Under the pieces are notes generated by a model. The model did not search any database, was not told where the DNA came from, and saw nothing but the letters and a program-made list of their open reading frames with translations. DNA of 64,000 bases from the human T2T-CHM13v2.0 reference genome, Homo sapiens: the NCBI RefSeq assembly GCF_009914755.1, contig NC_060928.1. One strand, written 5' to 3'. The translations under genes were made by a program, and so were the position numbers. Below are positions 58,001 to 64,000 of this stretch, piece after piece (within the stretch, counting starts at the first letter, position 1; every line of letters starts with the position of its first letter).

Positions 58001-58499
58001 TAGGCTTTTATTGAAAGCTTGAAATGTATCTAATCCTTCTCTTTTCTGGAAAGGTGAGAGTATTGCTCCAAACTTTGCTCAATTAAAGAAATTGTGCAAA
58101 TCTTATATCAGATTCTCCTACTGAGTTATTTATTTGACCAGTTTAGAGCAAGACTTAGTTTGCCTCATGATTAACATAAGGCAAATAATATAATATGGCG
58201 TTACTTGTATTGTTCTTTCAGTATATTTGATAGGAGTATAGATTGACCACAGCATCTAATATGTTCTTATAAAGAAATTTGTTTCATGTCCTTCCTCACC
58301 TATGTGAATCACTCCCATTCCCCAAATAACTGAAGGTGAGGCATTCCTTCTAGGATTTTTAAATGAATATAGTTATTTCTTTTTCATTTTTCATATATCA
58401 GATGAGCCAATGGAGTGTGACTAGAATACATTTTCCTTTTCAAGAAATTTTTTCTTCTTTATATTGGCAAATATTCCTGCTGTACTACCTCCTTCTTTA

Positions 58500-58641
58500 T
58501 GGAAAGTGTGTGTGTGTACATATAGTTTGTATTATATGTATAATACGTAGATACTTTATGGAGAGAGAGAGGAAAAGTATGTGTGTGTCTATACATATAT
58601 ACATATATATACACATATATGTATAGACACACACACACACA
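58500..58641. repeat. Mixed (TG)/(GA)/(TA)/(CA) microsatellite region
   Basis: gtgtgtgtgt, gagagagaga, tatatacatatata, acacacacacacac. Confidence 0.85.
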
Positions 58642-59013
58642 CAGATTATCCTTGACATAATGAAGTTACATCCCAATAAACTCATTGTAAATTGAAAATA
58701 TCATATGGCAAAAATGCATTAAATATGCCTAACCTACTGCACATCATAGCTTAGCATAACCTACCTTAAATATATAGTCAGAACACTTACATTAGCATAC
58801 AGTTAGGCAAAATCATTTAACACGATAATTTATTATTTTATAATAATGTGTTGGATGGCTCACATAATTTATTGAATATTATACTGCATGTGAAAATCAG
58901 CAGGTTGTATGGTTACTCGAAGTATGATTTCTATGGAATGCCTATCACTTTCCCAGCCCTTTTAATGTTGAAAAATGGTTAAGTTGAACCACCATAAGTT
59001 TGGGAACCATCTG
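58642..59013. mobile_element. MER47A (TcMar-Tigger) DNA transposon
   Basis: Termini cagattatccttgacata... and ...ataagtttgggaaccatctg followed by TA; internal cctaacctactgcacatcatagcttagc...gaacacttacattagc. Confidence 0.88.
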
Positions 59014-59742
59014 TACATATATGTGTGACACAAGCATTTTGCCTCATGAGACAAGGAAGTGTAAGAAAAAAAATTAGGAACCTACCATTATTTCTTCCAT
59101 TTGGGTAAGTTTCTAAAGCCTAAAGATTTCTAAACTTGGGCAAGTTTCTAAACCTTTAAGAACTGCAGTTTCTTTATTTGCAAAACAGAGCTAATCGTAT
59201 CTACCTATTTTGGGTTTCATGAAGTTTAAATTAATGTGCAAAGCAAATCGATTATGACAAATTGTAGAAAAGTGTCAGCCTTTTCCTCCTTAATGTTAGT
59301 TAGTGAGTATATTAACAGGACAAAGCAAATTATTCTTTACTGTTTTCCATGAAGATCCGTGAGAAATAGTATGACTATGTGTTACATTTTTAATATATAA
59401 GATTGTCAATCTGAAGAAATGGGATTTAGTACTAGGAGATAATGATGGTATTGTTTAACATGTTTTCTCAGATGTAATCAAAGTACACTCATTTGAAATT
59501 GTATTAACCATTGAAACTACTCTCTAGTTTGACAAATTATTTCAGTGAGTGGAGTTGGTTTTGAACATTGTATTTTTCCCCCTGAAAATATTGTGTACAA
59601 CCAAAATGTATATTTTTTACCATGCAAATACCCAGTTCATAATTGTGCCAGGAAGACTTCTTGATGAGTTTAAATACAACACAACCCTCAGATGTAGCAG
59701 TTCAAATTGTAATCTATTAAACATTTATAAGTAGCAGGCATT

Positions 59743-60224
59743 TGTGGTGGATAGTCTCCAGTGACGGTCACCTCAATCCCTCTCTTCCCTGTACATGTCT
59801 GCTGCTCTTCCCACCAAGAGATGGAGTCTTATTTCCATCTCCTTGAATCTAGGCTTGCCTTGGTGACTAGTGTGACTAATAAAATGGGGCAGAAATGATG
59901 CTCTGGAGCCTCCAAGGCTAGGTTATAAGAAGTTTCATAGCTTCTTTGTTGATCTTTTGGGATGTTTCCTCTCAGAATCCATCTGCTGAGCTGTGAGAAA
60001 TCCACACACATGAAGAAACCATGTGTAGGAGCCCCTGTTGGCAGCCCCAGCTGAGCCCCGGTTGGCCACCATTATCTACTGCCAGCCTTGGATGACCAGC
60101 TCAGTCAAGGCTGCCTGTGGCTATTGGACTGAAACCACATAAGAAACGCCAATCATAGAGATAATAATAAATTGTTGTTTTAAGCCACCAAGTTCTGGGA
60201 TAGCTTATTACATACAATAGAACA
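59743..60224 (+). mobile_element. MLT1 (G/H-like) MaLR solo LTR
   Basis: tgtggtgg...cccaccaagagatggagtc...ccttgaatctaggcttgccttggtgact...ataataataaattgttgttttaagccaccaagtt. Confidence 0.85.
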
Positions 60225-60974
60225 GCCTTATAAGCAAATTACATGGTGACTTATACAAACATGTTCACATAAAGATGCAGTATGTGTTATAGGAAACCTC
60301 AAAATATTAAACAGTTTATGCCCTTAATAGGCCCAAATTCTGTTTTTTATTTCAATGGGATCAAGTTTCAAAAACATAGTGAATGTATGGTGTTAGATTT
60401 GAGGGAGAGAATTGAAATACAGCATTTTGGAACTCTAACCTTCGTATACATCCATCCATTCATTTGAATATTGATTATGTACATATGCAAAGCAATATAC
60501 CAGGTGCTATGGGGGATAAAGGAATGAATCAGAAAGCTATACTAATATTAGCATTTTGGAAGCCCCTCCTTTTCCTCCCTGAAGACAATAAAACAGCATT
60601 CAGATTTCCAGCTGAGTTTTCATTTGTTCATTTCCATACTTTTGACCATTTTTTCATGTTATTAGTTTCTTTGAGTGTTTGGAAATGTAAAAAGGAAATT
60701 GAAGAATGTGGCTAAATACACAATGACATAGTAACCTTAAAACAAACAAACTAGTAAGCAGTCTAGAATTTCGATGAAGATTTGTATGTTGTATTTTTTC
60801 CTCAAAAACATATTTTTTTCACCCCATAATCTTGCTGTTCTTTCAGCGAGATTTATATTCATGATCTGGTATAAATGACAGGATGGATCATAGATTATTT
60901 TGTAGCTCAGATGCTTTAGATGTTATAAACCAACTGCTTATTGCTTTCAAGTATTGTCACTTTGCTAAGAGCCT

Positions 60975-61190
60975 GAAATTTGAAGGGAGAGAAGTTGGAC
61001 TCTACTTCTGACTCTGACAATTATTATCTTTTCACCTAGGGTAATCTGGAAAACTCACTAAGCCTAAGTTTCATTATCTATAAGTAAAATGTAAAGATGA
61101 TATTGGTATCCAAATACTATTGGGAATATTTGTTGTAATCATTCATGTAAAGTACTTGCAGGGGTTCTAGCACATACTGAGAGACACAAT
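60975..61190 (+). mobile_element. MIR
   Basis: ctaagcctaagtttcattatctataag...cattcatgtaaagtacttgcagggg. Confidence 0.5.
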
Positions 61191-61516
61191 ATTTTTTCTG
61201 AGATCATGGTCATGCGTGATTACATTACATTTTTTAGAACAGAAAAAGAAATGGTTGTTAAGAGTTCTGTGCAATTTTATTTAGGTTCCACAGTGAATCA
61301 CTGGGGGCAATTTAAGAATTATTTAGACCTATTTACTTCTTACAAATGGTTTTAAAATTTAAAATAATCTTTTCAAAAGCAGCACAGGCATTCTTAAAAT
61401 GCAATTCCATGCAGATAGACCACTTGTCTGGTTGAGGTGGGGATGGGGAACAGTCTTACTTTGCACAGTGGTTCTCTCATGACAAAACTCTAATGGCTTA
61501 GTGAAGTCTAGTTTAA

Positions 61517-62018
<502 letters not shown>

Positions 62019-62892
62019 CTAGGCTATTATTTCTATGTTTGTAGCTCCATTTCTTTCTAGTCCTGCTTTTCCATGTGTTTTAAGCATTTTGAACCATGTA
62101 TTAGTTTAAATGTCCTCTGCCATTCCTTGCCTTCCTATCAGTGTTTATGTTACTATCTCCACCTGCTTAATCCTAACCTGTGCTTTTGCTTTTCAGCTGT
62201 AAACGTCATCACACCAGCTTGGAACTGAAAGGATGTCAGGGGAACATGTTTTAAGAAAACAACCTTAAAATGCATTAGCTTCCTATTACAAACCTTTTAT
62301 CCCAATTAAAAAATGGAATCAAACATGTTTCACCTTAATTGCTCAAGCAGCCTGAGCTACATGTTCATCACATAGTTTTAAGTTGTATAATTTGGGGTCT
62401 CTCCAAATACATTCTAGGGAAGTTGGTAAAGGCACTATCAGCTGGTGAACACAGATGCTATTTCATTAACATATTTAGCCAAATCTTGATGAATCCTAAT
62501 TTATATTTGCTTAAACCGGAAGTCTAATCTTTTTAAGTTCATTTTCCCAGACTTTCAGAAATCCCCAGTGATGTTTACACATTCATGAAATTTGCCTAGT
62601 TATAGGTCTTACTTCAGTAAGTCCAGTCCAAACCCCACAGACCTTAGAGTTGTTCCCTAATTCTTGTGCTCTACCCTCAGGCTTGACCACTGGTGTCACT
62701 ACTGAGGCTAGACATCCTTTATATTTGACATGGGTAGCTTGAACCCTGCTTCTGCACCTGTAAAGTATAAATGAGAATGTCCCATGTGTACCTGGTTAGA
62801 GAGAGGAGCTGAAAGTTCGCTTTAACAAGGAAGTGCTATAATAGTGGTAAAAGCTCTTTTAATTAAAAAAATCAAGTTATAAGAATAAAGTA

Positions 62893-63580
62893 GGCACCAC
62901 ATTACCTGACTTCAAATTATACTACAAGGCCATAGTAACTGAAACAGCATGGTACTGATATAAAAAGAGACACAGAGACCAATGAAACAGAATGGAAAAT
63001 CCAGAAACAAAGCTACATGTTTACAGCTAACTGATCTTCAACAAAGCTAACAAGAACTTACACTGGGGACAGTCTCTTCAATAATTGGTTCTAGGAAAGC
63101 TGGACATTCATATGCAGAAGAATGAAACTAGACTCTTACCTACCTCTCACTCCATATAAAAATAAATTCAAAATGAATCCAAAACCTAGATAAGACCTGA
63201 AACTATAAAACGACTAGAAGAAAACATAGGGGAAATGATTTAGTATGTTGGTCTAGGAAAATATTTTCTGAATAAGACCTCAAAAATTGTTGCTCACAGG
63301 AAACAAATGCAAAAATAAACAAATGAGATTATATTAAATGAAAAATCTTCTGCACAGCAAAGGAAACAATCAACAAAGTGGAAAGACAACCTAAAGAATG
63401 GGAGAAAATATTAGTAAAGTATTAATCTGAGAAGGGAATCATACAAGAAACTTAGACATCTCAACAGCAAGAAAAAAAATAAAAAACCAAACAATCCGAT
63501 TAAGTAATGGGCAAATGATCTGAAGAGACAGTTCTCAAAAGAAGACATACAAATGATGGTAAATATATGAAAAACATGCT
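62893..63580 (+). mobile_element. L1 (L1MA/PB-type) ORF2 3' fragment
   Basis: cacattacctgacttcaaattatactacaaggccatagtaactgaaacagcatggtactg...aatcttctgcacagcaaaggaaacaatcaac. Confidence 0.9.
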
Positions 63581-63613
63581 GTTATTTTTAACTTTTCTGT
63601 TATGTTGCATCTC

Positions 63614-64000
63614 TTTTTTTTTATACTTTGAGTTCTAGGGTACATGTGTACACTGTGCAGGTTTGTTACATATGTATACATGTGCCATGTTGGTGTGCTG
63701 CACCCATTAACTCGTCATTTACACTAGGTATGTCTCCTAATGCTATCCCTCCCCCATTCCCCTCTCCCCCGGTGTGTGATGTTCCCCACCCTGTGTCCAA
63801 GTGTTCTCACTGTTCAGTTCCCACCTATGAGTGAGAACATGCGGTGTTTGGTTTTCTGTCCTTGAGATAGTTTGCTCAGAATGATGGTTTCCAGCTTCAT
63901 CCATGTCCCTGCAAAGGACATGAAATCATCCTTTTAATGGCTGCATAGTATTCCATGGTGTATATGTGCCACATTTTCTTAATCCAGTCTATCATTGATG
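63614..64000 (-). mobile_element. Primate L1PA 3' end, runs off the window end
   Basis: ttttatactttgagttctagggtacatgtg...gtgccatgttggtgtgctgcacccattaactcgtcattta...cccacctatgagtgagaacatgcggtgtttggttttc. Confidence 0.95.

Overview
AT-rich, CpG-depleted primate (human-like) non-coding DNA, probably a large intron or intergenic region. It is dominated by transposable-element relics: Alu J/S/Y, L1 (L1ME/MC/MB/PA types), L2, MIR, THE1/MLT1/ERVL LTRs and MER5/MER30/MER47 DNA transposons. No host protein-coding gene, rRNA, tRNA or CRISPR array is supported; the listed ORFs are chance, Alu/L1-derived or microsatellite-derived. The most unusual signal is a set of short local ectopic copies, each 91-93% identical to its donor by hand count. 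(i) A ~190-bp unique sequence (7849-8034) was re-inserted in inverted orientation 0.7 kb away into a MIR (8702-8893), next to a perfect 23-bp templated hairpin (9030-9091). (ii) A 144-bp L1 ORF2 piece was copied 3.6 kb away (25135-25278 to 28791-28934). (iii) An AluJ plus its L1MC flank (36239-36613) was copied inverted 25 kb away into a TSD-bounded chimeric Alu (61517-62018). A repeat-poorer block at ~47.5-58.4 kb has retained CpGs, an RFX X-box beside a Kozak ATG and splice donor (55012-55070), and candidate minus-strand exons. Repeat subfamily names are recalled from consensus sequences and boundaries are approximate.
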